Shown piece by piece: positions 40,936-51,275 of a DNA stretch of 64,000 nt. The number at the start of each line of letters is the position of its first letter. Positions within the stretch are counted from its first letter, which is position 1. The DNA is taken from the NCBI GenBank assembly GCA_019894975.1, contig JAGXNO010000002.1:1-64000 (forward strand), read 5' to 3'. This stretch comes from Promethearchaeota archaeon. GTDB taxonomy: Archaea > Asgardarchaeota > Lokiarchaeia > Sigyniarchaeales > SOKP01. The translations under genes and the position numbers were made by a program. The notes under the pieces are model-generated. The model saw only the letters and a program-made list of their open reading frames with translations, was not told the DNA's origin and searched no databases.

Positions 40936-41742
40936 TTACAATTTATTGATGCTGAGAGTCATCCCACCATCTATGATAATATTTTGTCCTGTTATATAAT
41001 CTGAAGCGGGTGAGGCTAAGAATAATGCTACATCTGCTACTTGTTTAGCTTCTCCTATTTGGTCTAATGGTATTTTTATATTTCTCAGCTTAATCCATTC
41101 TCTGATGAAATCGGGATCATTATTGTATATTGGAGTAAGGAATATTCCTGGACAAATTGCATTAACGGTTATGTTACTCTGCCCTAGCTCAAGAGCCCAA
41201 AGCTTTGTGAAGGCTATTAGTGCCGCCTTACTAACACTATACATTCCTATAAATGGATTTAAGCCGCTATCGGTCCCTGCGCATGAAGTAATGTTGATAA
41301 CTTTACCTGCAATTGGTTTGAATTTCTGTTTACTCATTTTTCTATAAAAAGCTTTGGTCACGTTCCATGCTCCTTTCACATTTACATCCATTACTTTATT
41401 ATAATCATTAATCTTAGTTTTTAGAGATGATGATCCCCCTCTTATTCCCGCATTATTTACTAAAAGAAATAAATTATCAAATTTCTGATAAACATCTTTT
41501 CTCATTATTTCAACTTGCTTTTCATCCGAGATATCTGCTTCTGCAAGAAGGATATCAACTTTATGTGATTTAAGAATTATTTCACGAGTTTCATTAATAC
41601 TTTCTATATTTATATCATTTAAAACTAAATTTGCACCTTTACTTGCAAAAGCTATGGCCATCTCTCTTCCAAATCCACTTCCTGCACCCGTGACCAGGGC
41701 CACTTTGCCATCCAAAAATTGTTCACCCATAATTTCTTTCAC
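40936..41742 (-). CDS. SDR family oxidoreductase
   Basis: TGAGSGFG, NNAG, YSVSK. Confidence 0.93.
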   Translation of the reverse strand: MKEIMGEQFLDGKVALVTGAGSGFGREMAIAFASKGANLVLNDINIESINETREIILKSHKVDILLAEADISDEKQVEIMRKDVYQKFDNLFLLVNNAGIRGGSSSLKTKINDYNKVMDVNVKGAWNVTKAFYRKMSKQKFKPIAGKVINITSCAGTDSGLNPFIGMYSVSKAALIAFTKLWALELGQSNITVNAICPGIFLTPIYNNDPDFIREWIKLRNIKIPLDQIGEAKQVADVALFLASPASDYITGQNIIIDGGMTLSINKL

Positions 41743-41769
41743 ACTAAACTTTAATTATTGTAGAATTTA

Positions 41770-43503
41770 TTATCCAAAAAGACCTTTATTTTTTTTATAT
41801 TGAGCCAAAAATCTCATTGGAGTAGGAGTTTCAAATGCAATTTCAACATCGATGACTGCTGGTTTTCTGGAGTCAATTGCTCTCTGTAGTGCAGGCTTTA
41901 TATCTTCAGGATTATCAATTTTTTCACTATAACATCCAAAACCCTTAGCGATTTCAGCATAATTAATCGAGGGAAAATCTACATCACAATATCTCTTTTT
42001 AAAACCTTTTTTTTGAGCACTTTTAATCATTCCCCAGGCACAATTATTAGCAATAACAATAATTATTGGTAAATTTAATCTTACTGCTGTTTCTAATTCC
42101 TGAACATTAAATAGAAAGCTTCCATCTCCAGATAAGCAAACAACAAGTTTATCTGGTTTTGCAATTTTGATAGCAACGGAATAAGGAATACCAGTACCTA
42201 AATGACCCATTGAATTTGGGAAAAATGTTGATCTAGGTGAGCGCGCTTTATGATTGATAAATTGATATGAAAAAACTACAATATCTCCTCCATCTAGAAC
42301 TATTTGGGCATCTTCAGGAATAAAGTCAAATAATTCATAGACAAGTCTTTCTGGTTTCATAGGTAATTTTTTTGATTCTAATATTTTTAGATTTGAGCTT
42401 AATTGATTTTTCCTTATTTCCTGTAAATAGGTATTCCATTCATTCCATTCTGTAATTTTACTTTTTGGAATATTTTGTTCCATTTCAACCAAGAGTTGGT
42501 GAATAACTGCTTTACAATCACCGATGATACCCACTTCAATTGGTCTATTTTTCCCAATCTCCTTTGGATCTATATCAATCTGAATTATTTTCTGCCCTTG
42601 ATTCCAGAGAGGTGGTGCGCCATAAAATATTGAATAATCCCATTTACATCCAAATGATACAACTACATCTGCTTCAGAAGCTGCTGTGCGATATGATGCA
42701 TTAATCAAATAAGAATCTAAAAATGTGTTTTTATCACTCCCGATTGATCCAATACCATTAATTGTGGTGCCTGAAGGGATTACATAAGTCTCAGAGAGTG
42801 CTATTAGTTCTTCTGAAGCCTCTGAGGCGGTTACTCCCCCTCCGGCAATTAATAACGGCTTTTTAGCAGTTTTTAAGATTTCAACTGCTCGTTTAATATC
42901 ATCTGATTCTCCGTTTGGTCTATTAAAAGGTCTGTATTTTTCAGGAGGTAAGATCTTTTTTTTATCCTCATCAGTGGCGTTTCTGACCAATGCTGTTTCC
43001 CTGAATTCAAGGTAAACAGGACCTCTTCTCCCAGATAAAGCAATTCTTATTGCTTTTTGAAGAGCTTTTGGGATTTCTTTAGGTTCTTCTACCTGTATTT
43101 GAGCTTTTGTTATTGGTTTCATTAAAGCAATTTGATCTATTCCTCCTTGTAAAATACCTGTATCTTCAAACATTCTACCTATCTGGGCACCGATAACTAA
43201 CAAGGGAATAGAATCAGCATTAGCAGTAGCTACGGCAGGTACAAGATGAGTTACTCCTGGACCAACAGTCCCTAAACAAACACCAATCTCTCCAGTTGCT
43301 CTAGCCCAAGCATCTGCCATATGACCTCCTGCTTGTTCATGTCTCACCATAACCGTATCAATACCTTGTTCTCGACCCCAACGTTCTATAGCATCATAAA
43401 TTTGCAGTAATTCACCACCAACTAAACCAAATATTTTAGTTACTCCTTCTTTTAAAAGGCATTTGACAGTTAAATCTCCACCACTTAATATTTGATCACT
43501 CAT
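41770..43503 (-). CDS. Thiamine-diphosphate enzyme (acetolactate synthase / 2-hydroxyacyl-CoA lyase family)
   Basis: VRHEQAGGHMADAWAR, GDGSF..NN motif. Confidence 0.9.
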   Translation of the reverse strand: MSDQILSGGDLTVKCLLKEGVTKIFGLVGGELLQIYDAIERWGREQGIDTVMVRHEQAGGHMADAWARATGEIGVCLGTVGPGVTHLVPAVATANADSIPLLVIGAQIGRMFEDTGILQGGIDQIALMKPITKAQIQVEEPKEIPKALQKAIRIALSGRRGPVYLEFRETALVRNATDEDKKKILPPEKYRPFNRPNGESDDIKRAVEILKTAKKPLLIAGGGVTASEASEELIALSETYVIPSGTTINGIGSIGSDKNTFLDSYLINASYRTAASEADVVVSFGCKWDYSIFYGAPPLWNQGQKIIQIDIDPKEIGKNRPIEVGIIGDCKAVIHQLLVEMEQNIPKSKITEWNEWNTYLQEIRKNQLSSNLKILESKKLPMKPERLVYELFDFIPEDAQIVLDGGDIVVFSYQFINHKARSPRSTFFPNSMGHLGTGIPYSVAIKIAKPDKLVVCLSGDGSFLFNVQELETAVRLNLPIIIVIANNCAWGMIKSAQKKGFKKRYCDVDFPSINYAEIAKGFGCYSEKIDNPEDIKPALQRAIDSRKPAVIDVEIAFETPTPMRFLAQYKKNKGLFG

Positions 43504-43621
43504 AATTCCCTAAATTACATCTTAAAAATAAACTTTATTACAGGTCTAGTAGCTGAAAAATCATACTTATGAGATAAATGGGATTTACATGCTTAAATGA
43601 TTCTATATTCAAGATAATATA

Positions 43622-44920
43622 TTATTTTACAGATTCAGCAAATTTTAATTTACTAATATGTTTTTTTATAGGAAATTCCCCACTAAGAATCATGGATTTC
43701 AGTTGTTCGGCAAGTTGAATTGCTCCATGTCGATCAGATTGTCTCAATACTACGGGAATTTCACTCTCCTCGAATTTAATCTGTTTCATGTCTAGCTCAA
43801 AGGCTTCCGGACACAAACGAGCACAATTTCCACAATTAAAGCAGCGTGATCGGTTTATCATAGAGATAATTCCGTCTTTTATGATAAATGCGTTTGTTGG
43901 GCATTTATCAATAACATCACATTTTTCACATCTTTTACATACCTCAGCATTAAACTTCATTCGGAAATTATTATCCCAAACATCCCCATATGTAATTTCT
44001 CCAACCTTTTCTCTCCCTACAAGACTTAAAATATTCAATTTAACATCCTTATCAGATTTTACAAGGTTATTAAAGATCTTTTCATTCAATATAAGGATTG
44101 GAATGGCCAAACTGCAAATTGGTTCTAAACTATATGAGGTTTTAAAAGCCCCCATAAATTCAGGTTTCATACCTGAAAGTGGTGAAATTGTCATCATATT
44201 AGGTTTAGCAATATAATTTCGAGTTCCAGGGCCCATTAAATACCCAATATTTCCATTAACCAAAACTGGTGAACCAACTCCAAAAGATTCAAACTCAGGA
44301 TCGTTTTGGAAAGGATTCAATGCCCCACAGCCAGCAAATGTAATTTCTGACTTATTAGGTTCAAAAGGGAGACAAGAAAAGATAGTATCTACACTATATG
44401 ATTCACAATTAATCATAGCATTGTAATTTTTGATTGCTTGTCTAGTCCCCATTAACTTGGCAAATTGCATATCTTCTAAAACTAAATTCTTTTTTACAAT
44501 TTCACCTTCAGAACTCTTCGCTATTATTTCTACTGATTTTCCTTCGACAATGTCTCTGAACAGGGATCCTCCACAATAATTTTCTATTGTTTTACTTTGT
44601 GCAGTACCATAAACGATTAGATCAGCTATGCCTAAATATTCATTTGGACAAGGTCCCGGAAATGATGGTATACCATTTATAGTAATTTCTATAAATTTGC
44701 GTAAAGTTTTAGGTGGTGATAGCCGGAATGAAAATATTCCCATAATCCCACTCATTAACCCTTTAGTAGCAGTGGTAACAATATCAATATCCTCAAATTT
44801 GATTACTTCATCATCAAGGATTTGATTTATTAATTCCTGAACCGTTAATACAACGGCAGTACCCTCTTCAATTTTCTTTCTTATATCTGAGAGTTTTCTT
44901 GTTTTAATAGTAAATATCAC
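43622..44920 (-). CDS. DUF39 / methanogenesis-marker-16-like metalloprotein with C-terminal 2x[4Fe-4S]
   Basis: KIEEGTAVVLT, DIVTTAT, GPCPNE, CKRCEKC..CP and CFNCGNC..CP. Confidence 0.85.
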   Translation of the reverse strand: MIFTIKTRKLSDIRKKIEEGTAVVLTVQELINQILDDEVIKFEDIDIVTTATKGLMSGIMGIFSFRLSPPKTLRKFIEITINGIPSFPGPCPNEYLGIADLIVYGTAQSKTIENYCGGSLFRDIVEGKSVEIIAKSSEGEIVKKNLVLEDMQFAKLMGTRQAIKNYNAMINCESYSVDTIFSCLPFEPNKSEITFAGCGALNPFQNDPEFESFGVGSPVLVNGNIGYLMGPGTRNYIAKPNMMTISPLSGMKPEFMGAFKTSYSLEPICSLAIPILILNEKIFNNLVKSDKDVKLNILSLVGREKVGEITYGDVWDNNFRMKFNAEVCKRCEKCDVIDKCPTNAFIIKDGIISMINRSRCFNCGNCARLCPEAFELDMKQIKFEESEIPVVLRQSDRHGAIQLAEQLKSMILSGEFPIKKHISKLKFAESVK

Positions 44921-45010
44921 CCTTTTTTTTCAAAAAATCAACATTTTAAATCTTTATTTTATAATAAAATTTTTTTAATTTTAAAAATCCTTAATTAATT
45001 ATATAATTTA

Positions 45011-45712
45011 ATGCAATTTTTAGAGGTCAAAAACTTATTGTCATATTTTGAATCAAGATTACCTGTGGATTTCAAAGATTTAAAAGAAATTAAAACGAAA
45101 ATTAAAATATGTGAAGGGCTAGGTATAAAAAACATCATTTTAGAACCAATAAATGGATTAGAAAAAATTTCTTTTGATATAAAAGAAAAGATTCAAAGTG
45201 AATCACAAATTAATATTTTCTTTCGAATAAATTTAAGATTAGGAACTATTGAGGAATTTAGACAAATTATTAGAAAATATAATAATTTTCAGGATATTCT
45301 TTCCATAGAATCCTTAAATAAGGAAGTCCAATTGCATTCTGCTAAAGATTCAAGAGTAGACTTAGTTTCATTTTCTGATCCAGAGATACTACAAACCCTT
45401 ACAACCGGCGTAATTTCATTAACTAAACAAAATAATTCTTTTATAGAATTTTCACTCGCACCACTTATGGTAAGCAATAAAACTAATCAATCTAAAAATT
45501 TTAGGAAATTATATAAAAACATACAATTGGCTCTAAAATTAAAAGCAAATTATATAATAAGTGGGAATTTTAAGAATATTTTTGATTATCGACATCCAAG
45601 AGCTTTAATAAGTGTATGTCATTCGCTTTTAGGTATCCCAATGAGTATCGCAAAAGAAGTATATACAAAAAATCCCCAATTACTAGTGGGAAAATCTAAA
45701 AAATTTAGTTAA
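45011..45712 (+). CDS. rnp3: RNase P protein Rpp30
   Basis: AKDSRVDL, IEFSLAPL, ISG..RHPRAL. Confidence 0.8.
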   Translation: MQFLEVKNLLSYFESRLPVDFKDLKEIKTKIKICEGLGIKNIILEPINGLEKISFDIKEKIQSESQINIFFRINLRLGTIEEFRQIIRKYNNFQDILSIESLNKEVQLHSAKDSRVDLVSFSDPEILQTLTTGVISLTKQNNSFIEFSLAPLMVSNKTNQSKNFRKLYKNIQLALKLKANYIISGNFKNIFDYRHPRALISVCHSLLGIPMSIAKEVYTKNPQLLVGKSKKFS

Positions 45713-45726
45713 AGAGGAGAATTACT

Positions 45727-46056
45727 ATCGTTAAAATAGGAAGACAAAGATATATTGTTTTTAAAATAATAAAGGAATCAGAACTTTTTCTCGATCAAAA
45801 TATTATTCTAAAGTCAGTCTGGCAATCAATATGGAGATATTTTGGCATGAAAGAAGCGAATAAAATAGGTTTATGGTTGATAGAACTGAATTTAACAGAA
45901 GAATATGGAATTATTAGATTTTCTCATGATACTAAAGAAGTTATTATTACGGCTTTAACGCTTGTACAAGAAATTAATGGAAAAAGAGTGATATTATCAC
46001 CAATAAAGACTTCCGGTACAATAAATACTTTAAAAAAAAAGATGGCTATAAAATAA
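45727..46056 (+). CDS. rnp2: RNase P protein Pop5/Rpp14, extended to a non-canonical ATC start
   Basis: Frame open upstream of ATG 45847 and encodes RQRYIVF; GIIR and TSGTI motifs; SD GAGGAG 7 nt before ATC. Confidence 0.8.
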   Translation: MVKIGRQRYIVFKIIKESELFLDQNIILKSVWQSIWRYFGMKEANKIGLWLIELNLTEEYGIIRFSHDTKEVIITALTLVQEINGKRVILSPIKTSGTINTLKKKMAIK

Positions 46057-46102
46057 AAAACAATAAAGTAATAATTAACTAAAAATATCAATTTTATATA
46101 AA

Positions 46103-46549
46103 ATGGATAGTATAAACATAACTGACGCCTATATTCAACAATTAGAAGATTTTATGAATACAAATTTAGAGATTTCTCTCTCGAAATTTGAGAACCTAAA
46201 ATCATATGAAAATTTATTAGTTATTCAATCTGCTATTGAAAATTCAATTAAATTGTCAATTTATCCAATAAAGAAAGGAAAAGTAATTAAGATAAGCCTT
46301 TTTGGTTTAAAACTATCAAAAAAGATTTTAAAGGAAATATCCAAAATTCTTCAAAAATTTCAAGTTATTCATACTTCCGGATTTCTTAAAATAAAAAATC
46401 GCATTTATTTTGAGTGTTATTTGAACTTGAGTATATCTGAAAGTGAAAACAAGAGTTTAAAAGCTTCTTTGGACAAGATTAAAAATATATTTAAGGAAAT
46501 AAAAATAGAAGAAGTAAGAATTAAGAACAGTAAACTCGCTCAATTATGA
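46103..46549 (+). CDS. Hypothetical protein (possible C-terminal ACT-like fold)
   Basis: 148-aa ORF; stop overlaps the next start (ATGA). Confidence 0.6.
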   Translation: MDSINITDAYIQQLEDFMNTNLEISLSKFENLKSYENLLVIQSAIENSIKLSIYPIKKGKVIKISLFGLKLSKKILKEISKILQKFQVIHTSGFLKIKNRIYFECYLNLSISESENKSLKASLDKIKNIFKEIKIEEVRIKNSKLAQL

Positions 46550-47004
46550 ACCCATGGATTGTATATTTAAAATTTTCAGATGGAACTGATAAGAAATTAG
46601 AATTATTTGATACCAAAGTATATTTTGAAGGATATTTAAAAATAAAAAGGAGTTTTTTTAATGCTCTTGGCAAGTCAATAAAGATATCTAAGAAATATTT
46701 TACACAAAACGCGATAGAAAAAGTCTTAAGCCCAGAGGAGAGTGATTGGACTTTAAATCCCTGGATGTTGATAACTGTTAAAGACAATGAAAAAAAAAAG
46801 CCCTTTTGGTTTTTTATAAAAAGAGAAAAAGATTTGTCTGGAGTACTTGTAGCAATTGGCCCAAAACCATTTGCGGAGTATAATAATAATAATCAATCTG
46901 AAGCTAAACGAGAAATCAAGAATATATTAAACTATATAAACTCCTATATGAATAAATTCAATTGTATAGTCTTTCTACCTAAATTTTTAACTAAGTTAAC
47001 CTGA
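46546..47004 (+). CDS. Hypothetical protein
   Basis: 152-aa ORF with internal NPW repeat. Confidence 0.65.
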   Translation: MNPWIVYLKFSDGTDKKLELFDTKVYFEGYLKIKRSFFNALGKSIKISKKYFTQNAIEKVLSPEESDWTLNPWMLITVKDNEKKKPFWFFIKREKDLSGVLVAIGPKPFAEYNNNNQSEAKREIKNILNYINSYMNKFNCIVFLPKFLTKLT

Positions 47005-47171
47005 ATAGAGAGAAGGTAAGATAAATTATTTTTATTTGAATTTTTATTCTTATCAATATTGATTAAATATTGAATGATGTTAGGAAAAATATTAAATTTA
47101 ATTTTAATTATCAATTTTAATATTCAATTAACTAATAAAATAAAAATTTATAGAAAAACGGCTTTTTTAAT

Positions 47172-47972
47172 TTGAGGAAACTTGTATTTTATACGATATT
47201 TTGGATTTTACTGGTAAATATTTCCATAGTCTCATCTTTTTATATCATTAGTGGGCATGGTGCTGCAGAGGAGATTAATCCGGATTTTGGAAATGCCCCT
47301 ATAATAGATGGAAATATAGATGATTCAACAAATGAATGGAAGGAAGCTGTAAAAATTGAGATTCAATTAATAGATTTGTCAATAGATTTGTGGGTGATGC
47401 AAACCAATCGTGAACTTTTTATATCAATACAACTAGACCTACAGTCTGGTTATCACAATACAACTGAGTTTTTTGGGTTATTACTATCTACAAATTCTTC
47501 GGAGAATATAGAGGATTTTATCGATGCGAAATTTATACAGTTTACGAATATAAGTGCTAACAGTTTTGTCTATCTTGATTATTACATTAATAATAGCTTG
47601 TTTTTAAATGATACAAGATATGATGGAGATGGTGCGGCGAAATTAGAAGGGGATATATCCACTTATGAATTTTCTATTCCAATTGGACAAACAGACATAA
47701 ATGGTGAAAATGAGGATTCAATATTCGATTATGAAGAGAGCTATGCCCTTAACGTAACCTATGGAGATAATCCTGCTTATCCTCAAGGTATTAAAAAAAG
47801 CGAAATCGTGCTTATTAATATTAATGCACCAGGTGAAAAAAAAATTATAATAACTTCACTAGTGCTTATAGTCTTGTCAATAATTGTATACAGTAGCATT
47901 GCGGTTTTATTTGGATTCTATATTTATAAAATGGTCAAATTGAAAGAAAAAATTAAAAGATTAAGAAGTTAA
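47172..47972 (+). CDS. Membrane-anchored extracellular CBM9/DOMON-like protein
   Basis: Signal peptide, APIIDG..EW, YEFSIP, C-terminal TM. Confidence 0.65.
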   Translation: MRKLVFYTIFWILLVNISIVSSFYIISGHGAAEEINPDFGNAPIIDGNIDDSTNEWKEAVKIEIQLIDLSIDLWVMQTNRELFISIQLDLQSGYHNTTEFFGLLLSTNSSENIEDFIDAKFIQFTNISANSFVYLDYYINNSLFLNDTRYDGDGAAKLEGDISTYEFSIPIGQTDINGENEDSIFDYEESYALNVTYGDNPAYPQGIKKSEIVLININAPGEKKIIITSLVLIVLSIIVYSSIAVLFGFYIYKMVKLKEKIKRLRS

Positions 47973-47973
47973 A

Positions 47974-48390
47974 ATGTCAAAAGTACCCAAAGATCAAATA
48001 AAAGAGCAAAAGTCAAAGATCAGAAGAAGGTCTGATGATAAATTTGCCTACCGAACAACTATAATTTCCTGTATCCTCGGTATAATTTTCTATGTAATTT
48101 CATTCATTTTTAATGCAGATTTAATACCCTTATTTACAGAAAATAATATTTTATTTAACCTCCTAGATATTGTGATAAAAATTATTGCGATTCTCCTATT
48201 TTTTCTATTCATGATGATAAGCATAGGAAATTATAAGGAATTAACGGGTAACCCACTAGGTTGGAAGGAACTATTACTATTATTCGTTCTATCTTTAGGT
48301 CAAACGCTATTAAATCTTTTAGTGTTTTCACTTACTTTAATTGGCCTGTTAATTATTGTGATTTATTTTTATTTAGTCCAGGAACCATAA
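47974..48390 (+). CDS. Membrane protein
   Basis: Three to four TM segments, operonic spacing. Confidence 0.65.
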   Translation: MSKVPKDQIKEQKSKIRRRSDDKFAYRTTIISCILGIIFYVISFIFNADLIPLFTENNILFNLLDIVIKIIAILLFFLFMMISIGNYKELTGNPLGWKELLLLFVLSLGQTLLNLLVFSLTLIGLLIIVIYFYLVQEP

Positions 48391-48403
48391 AAAATAAGAA
48401 ATA

Positions 48404-49147
48404 ATGATTTCTAACTTTCTATTTATAGGACACAGAGGTACTAGAATCAATGTTGATGAAAATACAATTTTAGCTTTCAGTAAAGCATTAGAATATGGTG
48501 CAAATTGCGTTGAACTTGATGTTCGCAAAACAAAAGATGGAAAACTAGTTGTATTACACGACTCAGCCATAGACAGAACCACAAATGGATCTGGATTATT
48601 AAATGATTATACTCTTACAGAAATTCGTAAATTCAAAACAAAAATCCAACACTCTGAAATCCCCTTGCTAACAGAAGTCTTAGATGCTTTAAAAGGAAAG
48701 ATTAAATTTATGATTGATTTAAAAGAAACAAACTTACTTGAAGATCTCTCCAAATTTATAAGAAAAAATGATATTTTAGAAGAATGCATTATTAGTGGAA
48801 GAATCTTAACAGACCTGTTAGAATTTAAAAGGATTTATCCCCAAAGTAAAATCTGTTACAACATTACTAAAGGTCAAGGATTATCTTTTAATAATTTCAT
48901 GAATTTAGGTACGAATGAAATAATTAGATTAAATTTTGACTTAATAAGCCTGCATTCAAGCTCAGTATCACAAGAATTTATTGAGTTATGTCATAAAAAT
49001 GATATTAAGTCCTTATCATGGGATTTTCTCAATTACGATAACCCATTGCAAAAAATACAATCTATGATTAATCTAGGTATCGATGGTATTCTATTTGATA
49101 ATCACAATTATATCCCCCAAATAAAAAGGTGGCGAAATCGACTTTAA
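48404..49147 (+). CDS. Glycerophosphodiester phosphodiesterase
   Basis: IGHRG..ENT, ELDVRKTKDGKLVVLHD. Confidence 0.93.
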   Translation: MISNFLFIGHRGTRINVDENTILAFSKALEYGANCVELDVRKTKDGKLVVLHDSAIDRTTNGSGLLNDYTLTEIRKFKTKIQHSEIPLLTEVLDALKGKIKFMIDLKETNLLEDLSKFIRKNDILEECIISGRILTDLLEFKRIYPQSKICYNITKGQGLSFNNFMNLGTNEIIRLNFDLISLHSSSVSQEFIELCHKNDIKSLSWDFLNYDNPLQKIQSMINLGIDGILFDNHNYIPQIKRWRNRL

Positions 49148-49149
49148 CC

Positions 49150-51201
49150 TTAAGATTTTACCATAGAGGAACCAGTAGGAAGAAATAAAATTATATCATC
49201 TATAGATAAGATTTCTACCCATTTCTTTAGATCTTTTTCTACATTTTTAAGATAGAATGATTTAATTTCTTTAGCTATTCTTCCTGCTGTTAAATTACTC
49301 GATTTAGATGGTATGAGTGTAACTGTAACATTTGTCTGCTTTTTGATAGCTACTTCAGGACCTCCAATAATTTTAGGGTATAAAATATCCCTTTCAGTGC
49401 TTGATCCTCCATTTAATTCGGCAAATATTAAACCAATGGTTATTTCGGTTTTTACATTTTTTATAAGATTCTTCTTTCCTGAGATTATAAACGATCCTTT
49501 TTGTAAGTATTCTCCTGAGGGGGGTGTTTTACTTAGTTGAGTTGGTTCTACATAGAATATATCCACAACACCCCAGTTCTCTTTCCAAGCTCGTGAATAA
49601 CTAGCAACAAACTCTGCAGCTTCATTAATTGTTTCAGGTGTAATTTCCTTATTATTTGGATTTTTAATCACTACAAAAGGTGAACCTGGAAAGCTTGTAT
49701 GAAACACTAAATCATTTCCGTCCAAATGCTTTTTGAAGATTATTTCATTTGAAGTGGCATCTCTTCCACCAATAATTAAAAAACCATCAGATGAATTAAA
49801 CCATCTGAATTTTTCATACCACTTTTTCTTGGGTTTTTTGATTAGGAAATCAATTCCAAGGTCAATAGAATCTTTTTTAAGTATTAATTTTTCAATCTTT
49901 TGTTTTGTTTCATTCATCGCAATAACCGTACCCTTAATCTTCTTTTCAGCTTTTTTTCCTTTCGAATAAATCGAATTTGCGTTTTCTCCAAGACTTTTCC
50001 TTAAATCTAAATAAACTTCATTTTCATTGACTCTTATTAAAAGCTGGTTCATTGCGGGTAAAACTTTTTCAAAAAATTCTGCTCCATCCAACCCTTGAAT
50101 TTTTGCTTGTTGTAATTTTTCATTGATTTCTTCCCAATTAAATCCCTTTTTTCTTGCGTTAAATACAACTGATAAAAGTTTTTCAAGACTATTGAAATTA
50201 GCATAGAGAAAATCTCCTATAGTATAATACTTTTTCTTTTTCATTTTCAGCTCCTTAAGGTACTCCTGTTGATTTTCCAAAATTTTCTCTTGATTTTCAA
50301 TTTGTTTAATTACTGCTTGATCTTTTGGAGTTTTAATAGCGTTATAGTCAATCTTTGAATAAAAATCATCAACGGCAGCATTGAAAGTAGGGAATCTTAT
50401 CTTCTCAAAGTCTTTATAAATTTCAGTTTCGAAGGGTAAAACAGTAACTTCATTCCCTTGTTCGTCACTAATAATATGTGCATCAATTGATCCAAATAAA
50501 AGCTGATTCCTTAATCCCTTAAATGAATCAAATAAGGCGTTAAAATCTTCTTCACTCAAGTTTTCTCCTAGAATTTTTTTATCAATCCTTGCTCTGTAAC
50601 ATATTTCTTCACTATATAAACCAGAAACTCTCAATTTTCTGGAAATATCTCTCACAATTTCATTATCAGAAGCTTCAAAAAGAGCCACAAAATCCTTCTT
50701 ATTTATTGAGAAAAAATCCTTTTGTTGAGAAATAGGAAAAGAGTATTCTTTTTTTGCTAGAATTGTTCTATCCTTAAATTTCCGGTATTTTTTTGCAATT
50801 ATTATAATATCATTTTGGTCTAAAAGTAGAAAATTCCCCTTATTAAACAACTCAATCACAAATGTCCAAGAACCCTCTTCTCTATCTGTTAATTCAATTA
50901 AAATTATTCTATCGAATTTGTATTGGGTGACACTTAATACTTTTCTATTTTTTAGAAACTTTCTTAATGTTCTAATATATTGACGGGGATATGCGGGAAT
51001 AGGATAATCATATTCTGTTATGTTAATTCGAGAATCTTTTTTAATGATTAAATTTTGTTTCCCTGAAGGCGTATTTATTTTTAAAATTAACAAATCATGG
51101 ACTTCGTAAATGTTAGATATTGTACCTTTTCTTAGGATCGTATCCAATTCTTTGACAATAGCGAATACATCAAAATTAGAGAATTCCTTAGTAATCTTCA
51201 T
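49150..51201 (-). CDS. rqcH: Ribosome quality control protein RqcH/NEMF (NFACT)
   Basis: FDRII, IELF.KGN, WYEKFRWF, GGRDATSNE, SKTPPSGEYL. Confidence 0.95.
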   Translation of the reverse strand: MKITKEFSNFDVFAIVKELDTILRKGTISNIYEVHDLLILKINTPSGKQNLIIKKDSRINITEYDYPIPAYPRQYIRTLRKFLKNRKVLSVTQYKFDRIILIELTDREEGSWTFVIELFNKGNFLLLDQNDIIIIAKKYRKFKDRTILAKKEYSFPISQQKDFFSINKKDFVALFEASDNEIVRDISRKLRVSGLYSEEICYRARIDKKILGENLSEEDFNALFDSFKGLRNQLLFGSIDAHIISDEQGNEVTVLPFETEIYKDFEKIRFPTFNAAVDDFYSKIDYNAIKTPKDQAVIKQIENQEKILENQQEYLKELKMKKKKYYTIGDFLYANFNSLEKLLSVVFNARKKGFNWEEINEKLQQAKIQGLDGAEFFEKVLPAMNQLLIRVNENEVYLDLRKSLGENANSIYSKGKKAEKKIKGTVIAMNETKQKIEKLILKKDSIDLGIDFLIKKPKKKWYEKFRWFNSSDGFLIIGGRDATSNEIIFKKHLDGNDLVFHTSFPGSPFVVIKNPNNKEITPETINEAAEFVASYSRAWKENWGVVDIFYVEPTQLSKTPPSGEYLQKGSFIISGKKNLIKNVKTEITIGLIFAELNGGSSTERDILYPKIIGGPEVAIKKQTNVTVTLIPSKSSNLTAGRIAKEIKSFYLKNVEKDLKKWVEILSIDDIILFLPTGSSMVKS

Positions 51202-51275
51202 AATAGTTTGTCTATTTTTTAGTCTATCAAGTTATATAATTATTTTTATAGTAAATAATATTTATATTAATAATT

